Source: Candidatus Latescibacterota bacterium
GTDB taxonomy: Bacteria > Latescibacterota > UBA2968 > UBA8231
Assembly (NCBI GenBank): GCA_965208105.1
Contig: OZ242318.1
Span: 1,760,001 to 1,824,000 of the forward strand
Direction of reading: 5' to 3'
DNA: 64,000 nucleotides
Position numbers and translations under genes: made by a program. Below the pieces are notes generated by a model. That model made no database searches, had not been told where the DNA came from, and was given only the letters and a program-made list of their open reading frames with translations. Shown one piece after another: positions 56,232 to 64,000 of this stretch (its first letter is position 1; each line of letters starts with the position of its first letter).

Positions 56232-57571
56232 GAGACCTGGCAAAAGCCGAAGATGCCGACAAGAGGGACTGGTACCTTTCGAGGTTTGCGGGATTCGAGA
56301 AGGATCTCAACGGCGGATCTCCGGCACCTGTCCACACCCTTCGCCAGGCGGCCATGCAGTCCTTCGCAGAGTCCGGCTTTCCCACCAGCCGCGACGAGGA
56401 TTGGCGCCACACCAACACCTCCGCGCTCACCCGGATAGACTTCCATCCGGTACTCCACAAGGCTTCCTCCTCCCCGAACACTGCAGACCTCGAACCATTC
56501 ACTTTCGCGGACTTGAAGTGCAACCAAATGGTATTCGTCAACGGCCATTACTCGCCGGTGCTGTCCACTTCCGCCCCTCTTCCGGAAGGAGTGCGAGCCA
56601 CCAGCCTCGCCAAAGCACTCGCGGAGGACCGGGAGCTCGTGTTGACCCACCTGGGCCGGTATACCTCGTTCAGGGAGCAGGGATTTGCTTCCCTCAACAC
56701 CGCTTTCCTGCAGGACGGCGCCTTTCTCTTCGTTCCCGAAAACACCGCGGTAGCCGATCCAATCCATTTGCTGTTTTACTCGACTCCGGGGAGTGACCCC
56801 ACCGTCTCCCACCCGCGCAACCTGATCGTCGTCGGCGCCAACAGCGAGGTGAGGGTAATCGAAAGCTACGCGGGCACGGGAAACCGGCCATACCTGACCA
56901 ATGCGGTGAGCGAGGTCGTAGCTGGAGAAAACGCCTCGGTCGACCATTGCAAAATCGCGAGAGAAAGCGCCTCGGCCTTCCACGTGGCGGCGCTGCACGT
57001 GGTGGAAGAAAGAAGTTGCAGTTTCACCTCTCACAACCTGGTCCTGGGCGGCCGCCTTACCCGCAACGATATCACCACCGTACTCAACGGCGAGGGCGTT
57101 GAGTCCACCCTCAACGGACTCTACCTGGCCGATGGGAAAGGGCACGTGGACAACCATACCCTGATCGAGCATGTCCGTCCCAACTGCAGCAGCCACGAGC
57201 TGTACAAGGGAGTCCTCGACGGCGCCTCCAGGGGGGTCTTTCGCGGCAAGATCCTCGTGCATCAGGAAGCGCAGAAGACCGACGCCTATCAGTCCAATCA
57301 GAACCTGCTGCTCTCCCGGGAAGCCGACGTGACTTCCAAGCCGCAGTTGGAAATCTACGCCGACGACGTCAAGTGCAGCCACGGCTCCACAACTGGCCGG
57401 CTCGACCCGGACGCCATCTTCTACCTCCGCTCTCGAGGTATCGGCCTCCAGGATGCAGCATCCTTATTGACTCGTGCTTTCGCCGCCGAGGTGCTCGCCC
57501 GCATCGATATCGAGCCCGTGCGCGCCCGGCTGGATCGCCTGGTAGAAGCCAAACTCGGATCCGCACGCTGA
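56228..57571 (+). CDS. sufD: Fe-S cluster assembly protein SufD
   Basis: FPT..DEDWR.T, LNTAF..DG, AQKTDAYQ.N.NLLL, KPQLEIYADDVKCSHG.T.G, FYLRSRGI. Confidence 0.96.
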   Translation: MRDLAKAEDADKRDWYLSRFAGFEKDLNGGSPAPVHTLRQAAMQSFAESGFPTSRDEDWRHTNTSALTRIDFHPVLHKASSSPNTADLEPFTFADLKCNQMVFVNGHYSPVLSTSAPLPEGVRATSLAKALAEDRELVLTHLGRYTSFREQGFASLNTAFLQDGAFLFVPENTAVADPIHLLFYSTPGSDPTVSHPRNLIVVGANSEVRVIESYAGTGNRPYLTNAVSEVVAGENASVDHCKIARESASAFHVAALHVVEERSCSFTSHNLVLGGRLTRNDITTVLNGEGVESTLNGLYLADGKGHVDNHTLIEHVRPNCSSHELYKGVLDGASRGVFRGKILVHQEAQKTDAYQSNQNLLLSREADVTSKPQLEIYADDVKCSHGSTTGRLDPDAIFYLRSRGIGLQDAASLLTRAFAAEVLARIDIEPVRARLDRLVEAKLGSAR

Positions 57572-57585
57572 GCTGGGAGAGAGGA

Positions 57586-58854
57586 ATGCCGGCAAGCCAA
57601 CCCGCACTGACCCCAGCTCCTGAGCAGCCATCGGCTCCACTTGATGTGGAGCTCCTGCGCCAGGATTTTCCAATCCTGCGGCAACCCGTCCGCGGCAAGT
57701 CCCTTGCCTATCTCGACAACGCGGCAACGACCCAGAAACCGCAAGCGGTGATCGATGCCCTTGCCCGCTACTACTCCGAAGAGAACGCCAACATCCACCG
57801 CGGCGTTCACTTTCTGAGCCAGCAGGCGACCTTCGCCTACGAGCGCGCCAGAGGACGGGTATCGCTCTTTCTCAACGCCGCCGAGAGCAGCGAAATCATC
57901 TTCGTGAGGGGCGCCACCGAGGGCATCAACCTCGTTGCCCAGACCCTCGGCAGACAGAGCATAGGAGCCGGAGACGAGATAATTGTCTCGCACCTCGAGC
58001 ACCATTCGAATATCGTGCCCTGGCAGCAGCTTTGCGAGGAGAGGGGCGCCGTTTTGAAGGTAGCACCCATCGATGACAAAGGTGAATTTGCGCTCGACGA
58101 CTACGAGAGGCTCCTCAACGGCCGCACCCGCCTGGTAGCCGTTGCCCATGCCTCCAACGCACTGGGAACCATTGTCCCGGTTGAACGAATCATCGACCTT
58201 GCCCACGCCCGTGGAGTGCCGGTCCTGGTCGATGGTGCTCAGGGAGCGCCGCACCTTCCCGTCGATGTCCGCGCAATGAACTGCGATTTCTACGTCTTCT
58301 CCGGGCACAAGCTCTTCGGCCCAACGGGTATCGGCGTTCTCTACGGCAAGAAGGAACACCTCGAAGCCATGCCCCCATACCAGGGCGGCGGGTCCATGAT
58401 CCAAAGCGTAACCTTTGAAAAGACCACCTTCGCGGAGCTGCCGAACAAATTCGAAGCCGGCACCCCCCACATCGCCGGCGCGATCGGTCTGGAGGCGGCC
58501 ATCGATTACGTCAACAATGTGGGGATGGAAAGGATCGCTGCCTACGAAGCCGACCTGCTTCACTATGCTCACCAAACCCTGGCGCAAATCGAGGGCCTGC
58601 GCCTCGTCGGCACCGCGGCGAAAAAGGTCGGAGTCATTTCCTTTGTCATGAGGGACGCTCACGCCCACGACATCGGCACCATCCTGGACACGGAGGGGGT
58701 GGCAATCCGCAGCGGGCACCACTGTGCCCAACCGCTGATGCGTCGCTATGGCCTGGCCGCCACCGTCCGCGCATCGCTTGCATTCTACAACACCCGCGAA
58801 GAAGTCGACGCCCTTGGCGCGGCTCTCCACAAAGTCTCCGAGGTATTCAACTGA
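57586..58854 (+). CDS. sufS: Cysteine desulfurase SufS
   Basis: YLDNAATTQKP, NIHRG, EHHSNIVPW, SGHKLFGPTGIG (PLP Lys), RSGHHCAQP (group II). Confidence 0.96.
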   Translation: MPASQPALTPAPEQPSAPLDVELLRQDFPILRQPVRGKSLAYLDNAATTQKPQAVIDALARYYSEENANIHRGVHFLSQQATFAYERARGRVSLFLNAAESSEIIFVRGATEGINLVAQTLGRQSIGAGDEIIVSHLEHHSNIVPWQQLCEERGAVLKVAPIDDKGEFALDDYERLLNGRTRLVAVAHASNALGTIVPVERIIDLAHARGVPVLVDGAQGAPHLPVDVRAMNCDFYVFSGHKLFGPTGIGVLYGKKEHLEAMPPYQGGGSMIQSVTFEKTTFAELPNKFEAGTPHIAGAIGLEAAIDYVNNVGMERIAAYEADLLHYAHQTLAQIEGLRLVGTAAKKVGVISFVMRDAHAHDIGTILDTEGVAIRSGHHCAQPLMRRYGLAATVRASLAFYNTREEVDALGAALHKVSEVFN

Positions 58855-59309
58855 TGTCAGACCTCCGCGAACTCTACCAGCAAGTCATTCTCGACCACAA
58901 CAAGAACCCGCGCAACTTCGGAAAACTGGAGGGCGCCAACCGCGTCCAGGAAGGACACAATCCACTCTGCGGCGATCACCTCCACGTCTACCTCTACCTG
59001 AGCGACGACCAGATAATCGAGGACATCCGCTTCGAAGGGTCGGGTTGTGCAATATCCAAAGCCTCGGCTTCTCTGATGAGTTCGACCCTGAAGGGGAAGA
59101 GTGCCGATCACGCACATGAAGTCTTCGACCGATTCCATGCTCTGGTCACCGCCGGCGAGGACAAAACTGTAGACCTGGAAAAAATGGGCAAATTGGCCGT
59201 ATTTTCCGGCGTGCGCGATTTTCCCACCCGGGTCAAATGCGCCACTTTGGCCTGGCATACAATGAAGGCCGCCCTCGAAGAAGGAGATTCCACCATTACC
59301 ACGGAATGA
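58854..59309 (+). CDS. sufU: SUF system NifU-family sulfur acceptor SufU
   Basis: LYQQVILDH.KNPRN.G, NPLCGD, GSGCAISKASAS, RVKCATLAWH. Confidence 0.94.
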   Translation: MSDLRELYQQVILDHNKNPRNFGKLEGANRVQEGHNPLCGDHLHVYLYLSDDQIIEDIRFEGSGCAISKASASLMSSTLKGKSADHAHEVFDRFHALVTAGEDKTVDLEKMGKLAVFSGVRDFPTRVKCATLAWHTMKAALEEGDSTITTE

Positions 59310-59322
59310 GAGGAGACAATCT

Positions 59323-59649
59323 GTGCAAGACACCTATCCTCCCGACAGCCTTGAGGCTCAGGTGGTCGATGTTCTGAAGACTTGCTACGATCCGGAAATT
59401 CCCGTCGACATCTACGAGCTGGGCCTGATCTACAAAATCGAAGCCCCCTCGGAGGACCACGTGGATGTCACCATGACCCTTACCTCGCCTGCGTGTCCCG
59501 TGGCCGGATCCTTGCCTCCCGAGGTCCAGCAGAAGATCGAGGAGGCAATCCCCGCCGTTGAGAAGGCAAGTGTAGAGGTTGTCTGGGATCCTCCTTGGAA
59601 TCCCGATATGATGTCCGATGCGGCCAAACTCGAACTAGGTATGATGTAA
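59323..59649 (+). CDS. sufT: DUF59/SufT Fe-S assembly protein
   Basis: DPEIPVDIYELGLIY, MTLTSPACP, VWDPPW..MMS.A.LELG. GTG start after GAGGAG. Confidence 0.9.
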   Translation: MQDTYPPDSLEAQVVDVLKTCYDPEIPVDIYELGLIYKIEAPSEDHVDVTMTLTSPACPVAGSLPPEVQQKIEEAIPAVEKASVEVVWDPPWNPDMMSDAAKLELGMM

Positions 59650-59650
59650 T

Positions 59651-60133
59651 ATGAAACTCAGCGCCCAAGAAGAATACGGACTCCGCTGCCTGCTCCAGTT
59701 GGCAAGCTGCGAGCCGAGGCAGAGCCTCACCATTCCGGAAATCGGCCAACTCGAAGGCATCTCCTACCACAATGTCGCCAAACTCCTTCGCATTTTGCGT
59801 CAGGCAGGATTCGTGGAAAGCGTCCGCGGCCAACACGGTGGTTACACCCTGGCCCTTCCCTCCGGCCGAATCGTCATTGGCGAAGTCCTCGCCGTACTGG
59901 GCGGTCGTCTCTATGAACCAGGGTTTTGCGACCACTTCACCGGCAGCGAGGAATGCTGCCAGCATTCGTCTACGGAATGTTCCGTTCGTGCCTTATGGGG
60001 AAGAGTCCAACAGGCAGTAGACCAGGTGCTGCGTCGAACGACTTTGAATGACTTGCTTTACAGCGACGGGGATATTCGAGCAGGTTCGCCTTCGGAGGTT
60101 AGCGGTAACTTGCTGGACATTTCGAACCGGTAA
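59651..60133 (+). CDS. Rrf2 family transcriptional regulator (Fe-S sensing, SufR/IscR-like)
   Basis: EEYGLRCL..LA, V.KLL..LR.AG.V.SVRG..GGY.L, Cys cluster FCDHFTG..ECC.H...C.VRALW. Confidence 0.9.
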   Translation: MKLSAQEEYGLRCLLQLASCEPRQSLTIPEIGQLEGISYHNVAKLLRILRQAGFVESVRGQHGGYTLALPSGRIVIGEVLAVLGGRLYEPGFCDHFTGSEECCQHSSTECSVRALWGRVQQAVDQVLRRTTLNDLLYSDGDIRAGSPSEVSGNLLDISNR

Positions 60134-60150
60134 GTAATTTCCACGTGGTC

Positions 60151-60186
60151 AAAAGGCCCCGCCGATCTTTTTCGGCGGGGCCTTTT
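60151..60186 (+). terminator. Intrinsic terminator after the suf operon
   Basis: AAAAGGCCCCGCCGA-TCTTTT-TCGGCGGGGCCTTTT perfect 15-bp stem with A/T tails. Confidence 0.85.
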
Positions 60187-60371
60187 GTATTAAATGGCGT
60201 CAACCCGAATTCACAGGGAAAGGCCACTGATTATACCTGAAAGAAGTTGAATTTTTCTTGCTTGAAAAATTAAGATTGGTTATTTTTGCGGAACGAGATG
60301 ACAGTTCGTTGAGGACCAGGAGGACCAAACGAATTTTCATCCAATTTTCCAAAGGAGAGAGGAGAATTTTC

Positions 60372-60662
60372 ATGGCAAAAAAGAAAAAGGCCGCCGCCAA
60401 GAAGAAGGCCGCTCCGAAGAAGAAGGCCGCCGCCAAGAAGAAGGCCGCTCCAAAGAAGAAAGCCGCCGCTAAGAAGAAGGCCGCTCCAAAGAAGAAGACC
60501 GCCGCTAAGAAGAAAGCCGCTCCAAAGAAGAAAGCCGCCGCCAAGAAGAAGGCCGCTCCAAAGAAGAAGACCGCCGCTAAGAAGAAGGCCGCTCCAAAGA
60601 AGAAAGCCGCCGCCAAGAAGAAGGCCGCTCCAAAGAAAAAGGCCGCCGCCAAGAAAAAATAG
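60372..60662 (+). CDS. Histone H1-like Lys/Ala repeat nucleoid protein
   Basis: GAGGAG RBS; 96 aa: MAKKKK plus 15 hexapeptides (A/T)A(A/P)KKK; 49 Lys. Flanked by terminators. Confidence 0.85.
   Translation: MAKKKKAAAKKKAAPKKKAAAKKKAAPKKKAAAKKKAAPKKKTAAKKKAAPKKKAAAKKKAAPKKKTAAKKKAAPKKKAAAKKKAAPKKKAAAKKK
60388..60659 (+). repeat. Coding tandem repeat, 18-bp unit with 36-bp higher-order period
   Basis: Alternating gccgccgccaagaagaag / gccgctccaaagaagaa(g/a) with synonymous variation. Confidence 0.9.
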
Positions 60663-60723
60663 GGCTTTGGATGAAACAGGCGGAAAGGCAGATTTGAATT
60701 TCCTTCGGCCTGCAATCCCTATC

Positions 60724-60770
60724 AAAGGAAAGAGCGCCAGAATTATCTATTCTGGCGCTCTTTCCTTTTT
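60724..60770. terminator. Bidirectional terminator between the H1-like gene and nadE
   Basis: AAAGGAAAGAGCGCCAGAAT-TATCT-ATTCTGGCGCTCTTTCCTTT 20-bp stem between convergent genes. Confidence 0.85.
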
Positions 60771-60794
60771 CAATCCAATCCTTCCATTCCCAAC

Positions 60795-62702
60795 CTATAT
60801 TGCCAGGCCGAGCACCTTCTTCTTCAGGCTATTGTAGATCCTGGGAACATATGCCGGCAACTGGGTTTCGCGCAGATCAAAACCAAAAGCGCGTTTGCTC
60901 AACACTATGACAGGAGGAGCCTGAACGCGCTTGAAGTAGTTTATCCGCACCTGTTCATCCACCCACTCCAGGTCTTCGGTCCAGCTCCTTGTGTCGGGGA
61001 AATAGGACCTCCAGCTTTCCCTGTCGTCCCAGCCCAGCCGCTCGAAAAGTTCTCCGGCGACGAACCACCGCAGAAAATCAACGGGATGCCTGCGGTATTC
61101 GATCATTTGTCTCAGCACCGCATCGTGGTACCCGTATTTGATGGGGTCTCCCCATCCCTTGTTGACATCCTGATCAGCGGACAGCTCCGCGCTGGGCACT
61201 GTCGCACCGCTGATCAGATTGGCCGGGATCACCTCGCGGCCGAAGACGCGCTCATTGAGATATTCGGCCAGTTCTATCACCTGGACCTTGTAGAGATCGG
61301 CAATCGGAGCTACGGCGCCGTTTACATCGCCGTAGAGCGTGGCATAGCCCAGGGCCGTCTCGGTTTTGTTCCCGTTGTTGGTGAAGATCAACCCGTACTT
61401 GGCCGCCAGACCAGAAAGAATATCCGAAAACCTGATGCGGTTCTGAATGTTCTCGTCCACCAACCGGGTATAGGTTCCCTGCCCCCGGGAAAATTCAGTC
61501 CCCTTTATTCTTGAAGACACCTGCTCGTAAAGATCCTGAATCGACGAACTGATATAATCTACGCCGAGCTCGGCGCAAACTCTTCTTGCGTTCTCCTGTG
61601 TGATGGTGGCGTTGAAGCGGGTGGGCATATTGACGGCAAATACTCGTTCGGGACCAAAGGCCCGAACCAGCATGCAGACCACTGTGCTCGAATCGATTCC
61701 ACCGCTGACCGCAATGAGAAACTTGTTCTCCCGACCGCGAATGTAGTCCAGGTGGCGCAGGCCGGCCAGGATGGCCTTGTAGACCGACTCGACCTCGCTT
61801 CCTGTGTCCGGGACCGGCTTGGCCCCCCCTGGAAAGATCATCTCCTCCTTCCAGGGCCGGGCTCGTTGAACGATCTCCCCCTTGGCGTCATATGCAGTGG
61901 TATCCCCGTCAAAAACAATGATGTTCTTTCCGTTGTTCTGCGCCCCCACGTGATTGACATAGAACAACGGCAGGGGCGACCTCTGCAAGATCCTGCGCAC
62001 GACTCGATTGCGCTTGTCGTTCTTCTGCCAGGTCCACGGCGACGACGACAGGTTGAACACCGCCTGCGCCCCGCGCTCGCGATAGACCTTCAGAGTATCC
62101 AGAATGTCATGTCCCCAGCGATAGTCCTGGCACCAGATGTCCTCGCATAGCTGCACGCCGAATTTAAATTGGCCGCCGCTGCGGCGTTGTATCTCGAAGG
62201 GAATCATCCAGTCGTACACGGAACGTCCCTGTTCCTGGGCCAGCTTGCGCACGGAGTAGAAATGGCGGTCGTCGTCGAAGAACCGGTAGTTGGGATGCAG
62301 AGTCTTGGGCTGTATGCCCGGAGCCAAATCTCCCGGGATACCCGGCCTGCGCAGGAAACACCGGTCCGAGCACACGTAGACTGCATTGTACTTGCGGAAA
62401 CGTCCGTCCTCGCCAATCTGATTGCGGTCCACCGCAATGTTTCCGAATACCACGGTCAATCCCGCGCTGGCCTTGCGAATAACATCGCTGTAGGCCGCAT
62501 AGTCCTCGACCAGCGCCTCCATTTCCCAGAGATCTCCAAGGATGTAGCCGCTTATGCACAGTTCAGGGAAGACCACGATTTCCGCCGCCTCCCGGCGAGC
62601 GGCGTGGATGAACTCCTCCATCCTGGCAACGTTCAGGTCAGGACGGCCGGGCAGCACATCCATCTGCACCAAGGCAACTCTGGGAAGATCGTCAAACGCC
62701 AT
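60795..62702 (-). CDS. nadE: Glutamine-dependent NAD+ synthetase
   Basis: Nitrilase domain FPEL..SGY / PKT.HPNY.FFDD.RHF / LCEDIW; synthetase SGGIDS, ENIQ.RIR, NKTE.ALGYATLYGD, PSAEL, FKRVQAPP. Confidence 0.94.
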   Translation of the reverse strand: MAFDDLPRVALVQMDVLPGRPDLNVARMEEFIHAARREAAEIVVFPELCISGYILGDLWEMEALVEDYAAYSDVIRKASAGLTVVFGNIAVDRNQIGEDGRFRKYNAVYVCSDRCFLRRPGIPGDLAPGIQPKTLHPNYRFFDDDRHFYSVRKLAQEQGRSVYDWMIPFEIQRRSGGQFKFGVQLCEDIWCQDYRWGHDILDTLKVYRERGAQAVFNLSSSPWTWQKNDKRNRVVRRILQRSPLPLFYVNHVGAQNNGKNIIVFDGDTTAYDAKGEIVQRARPWKEEMIFPGGAKPVPDTGSEVESVYKAILAGLRHLDYIRGRENKFLIAVSGGIDSSTVVCMLVRAFGPERVFAVNMPTRFNATITQENARRVCAELGVDYISSSIQDLYEQVSSRIKGTEFSRGQGTYTRLVDENIQNRIRFSDILSGLAAKYGLIFTNNGNKTETALGYATLYGDVNGAVAPIADLYKVQVIELAEYLNERVFGREVIPANLISGATVPSAELSADQDVNKGWGDPIKYGYHDAVLRQMIEYRRHPVDFLRWFVAGELFERLGWDDRESWRSYFPDTRSWTEDLEWVDEQVRINYFKRVQAPPVIVLSKRAFGFDLRETQLPAYVPRIYNSLKKKVLGLAI

Positions 62703-62979
62703 ATTCACTTCCTTTGTCCCGCGGTCACCCGAAACTCGCTCCCTGCCCGTGGCCGCCGAAGCAGGGCTGAAGAATTTTCAATCGGCCGCGGCATCCTTCC
62801 GAATATAAAAAACCATCATCCTGACCGATGGAAGGAAATTCTATGGATGAAAACCTATTCATATCTTCTGTGGCACTCAATCACCCAGGCATTATCTTAT
62901 TTAGTCGGTAGCGAACACTTCACACCGGCCTGAATTCGCCTATTCCCAGCCCCACCATCCAGTCAAACAAGGAGATGTC

Positions 62980-63558
62980 ATGAAACGGTCCATTCTGTTC
63001 ACGGTGATCCCATGCTTGTTCGCCCTCGCCGGCCCGCTGCACGGCGAGTTGAAACTGGGATACATCAACTCGAATATCCTCAAGGAAAGGTTGCCCGAAT
63101 TCAGGGATGCCCAACGCCAATTCGACCAACTGCGGCAGCAGTACGAGCGCGAAATCGGCGACCGCCAGAGTAAACTTCTCAAAATGCAGGAAGACTTTCA
63201 AAAACAGGAACTGCTGATGAGCGAGTCCAGAAAGGCTGAACTGCGCGCCGAGTTCGAGGAGAAGAGGATGCAGTTGCTGGAGTTCGAGGCGAAGAAAATG
63301 GGTCCGGAGGGAGAGCTGGTGCAGAAAAACATGGAGTTGTCCGCTCCCATCTTCGAGTGGATCAACGAAAGTCTTCAGGATATGGGCAAAGAGGAAGACT
63401 ACGATTTCATCTTCGATGTGGGCGGAACCGGTGCCATAGTCTACGTAGCCGAGGAAAAATACGACCTCACGGAACAACTGCTCGACCGCCTCGACGAATC
63501 CCGCGCCTCCAGGGACCAGGGAGAAGCCGAGGAGACCGAAGACGGTGGAGAAGAATGA
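62980..63558 (+). CDS. skp: OmpH/Skp periplasmic outer-membrane protein chaperone
   Basis: Signal peptide, LKLGYINS..L...PE, coiled coil, YDFIFD, IVY....YDLT..LL. Confidence 0.88.
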   Translation: MKRSILFTVIPCLFALAGPLHGELKLGYINSNILKERLPEFRDAQRQFDQLRQQYEREIGDRQSKLLKMQEDFQKQELLMSESRKAELRAEFEEKRMQLLEFEAKKMGPEGELVQKNMELSAPIFEWINESLQDMGKEEDYDFIFDVGGTGAIVYVAEEKYDLTEQLLDRLDESRASRDQGEAEETEDGGEE

Positions 63559-63608
63559 AAATCCGTCATTGAGGACAGGCTTCCCTCCAGCCGGGGATCG
63601 AGGATCGG

Positions 63609-64000
63609 TTAATCGGCCATGCCCAGTTCCATCCGCCGCAGGCGCGGGTTCTCAACCGTTCCCGGAATCCTGCCCCGCTTGGCTGCCGGCCTGCCATCCA
63701 CCTCCTTGATATCCGCCGTGAAATCCACCGGGCGCGCCCCACTGATCGCACTGCCCACCCCGAACAGATCCACGGGAGCTCCCGACTCGCGGAAGTAGCC
63801 TATGCGCTCCGCGTCGAATCCTCCCGATACCATGATCTTTACGTGGCCGTACCCCGCCTTGTCCAACCGCGACCGCACCTCCTCGACCAGGGCGGCCGTC
63901 ACTCCGCCCCGTTCGCTCGGTGTATCCAGGCGCACACCCCAAAGCCTCTCCCCCATCGCGGCGGCCACGCGCAAGCTCTCCTCGGCCTCGTCCTTGAAGG
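63609..64000 (-). CDS. pncB: Nicotinate phosphoribosyltransferase (5' end outside the window)
   Basis: FKDEAEESLRVA...GVRLDTPSERGGVT...VKIMVSGG...FGVGS.IS.A.P.DFTADIKE.DG.P.AKRG. Confidence 0.88.
   Translation of the reverse strand, partial: FKDEAEESLRVAAAMGERLWGVRLDTPSERGGVTAALVEEVRSRLDKAGYGHVKIMVSGGFDAERIGYFRESGAPVDLFGVGSAISGARPVDFTADIKEVDGRPAAKRGRIPGTVENPRLRRMELGMAD

Noticed and set aside
60200-60725. Antisense ORFs with AAAFFF / GGLLL repeats resembling membrane proteins
   Set aside because: They are the reverse complement of the Lys/Ala repeat gene, which has the RBS, promoter and terminator.

Overview
GC-rich diderm bacterial chromosome segment, gene-dense, with no rRNA, tRNA, CRISPR array or recognisable mobile element. 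PorZ-like, T9SS-CTD/FlgD-tailed, DUF4159/DUF4175 and 'asparagine synthetase B'-like genes suggest the FCB superphylum, possibly Ca. Latescibacterota (inference only). From left to right: (1) sarcosine oxidase-type operon soxBDAG and an amidase; (2) a small catabolic cluster (IolE-like TIM barrel, DHDPS-family aldolase, two beta-propeller hydrolase-like proteins); (3) a ~21-kb, visibly less GC-rich envelope locus; (4) an enolase-family dehydratase, SulP and a uronate isomerase; (5) dtd-maf-rodZ-priA-porZ-like-DUF4159-DUF4175-TPR-GATase-like-moxR-DUF58; (6) sufBCDSUT with an Rrf2 regulator and a duplicated palindromic operator over its promoter; (7) a histone H1-like K/A repeat protein, nadE, skp and a partial pncB. 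The envelope locus is the best candidate for an undescribed system. Its leftward operon encodes a lipoprotein, two paralogous lectin-like proteins with T9SS-type C-terminal domains, three paralogous ~930-1000 aa predicted outer-membrane proteins with Ca-binding-like acidic inserts, a ~1085 aa TPR scaffold, a membrane-anchored DUF4159 protein and a lipoprotein with a TonB_C-like (AgmX/PglI) domain. It is transcribed divergently from an exbB-exbD-exbD motor. All family calls come from motif recognition by eye, not database searches.
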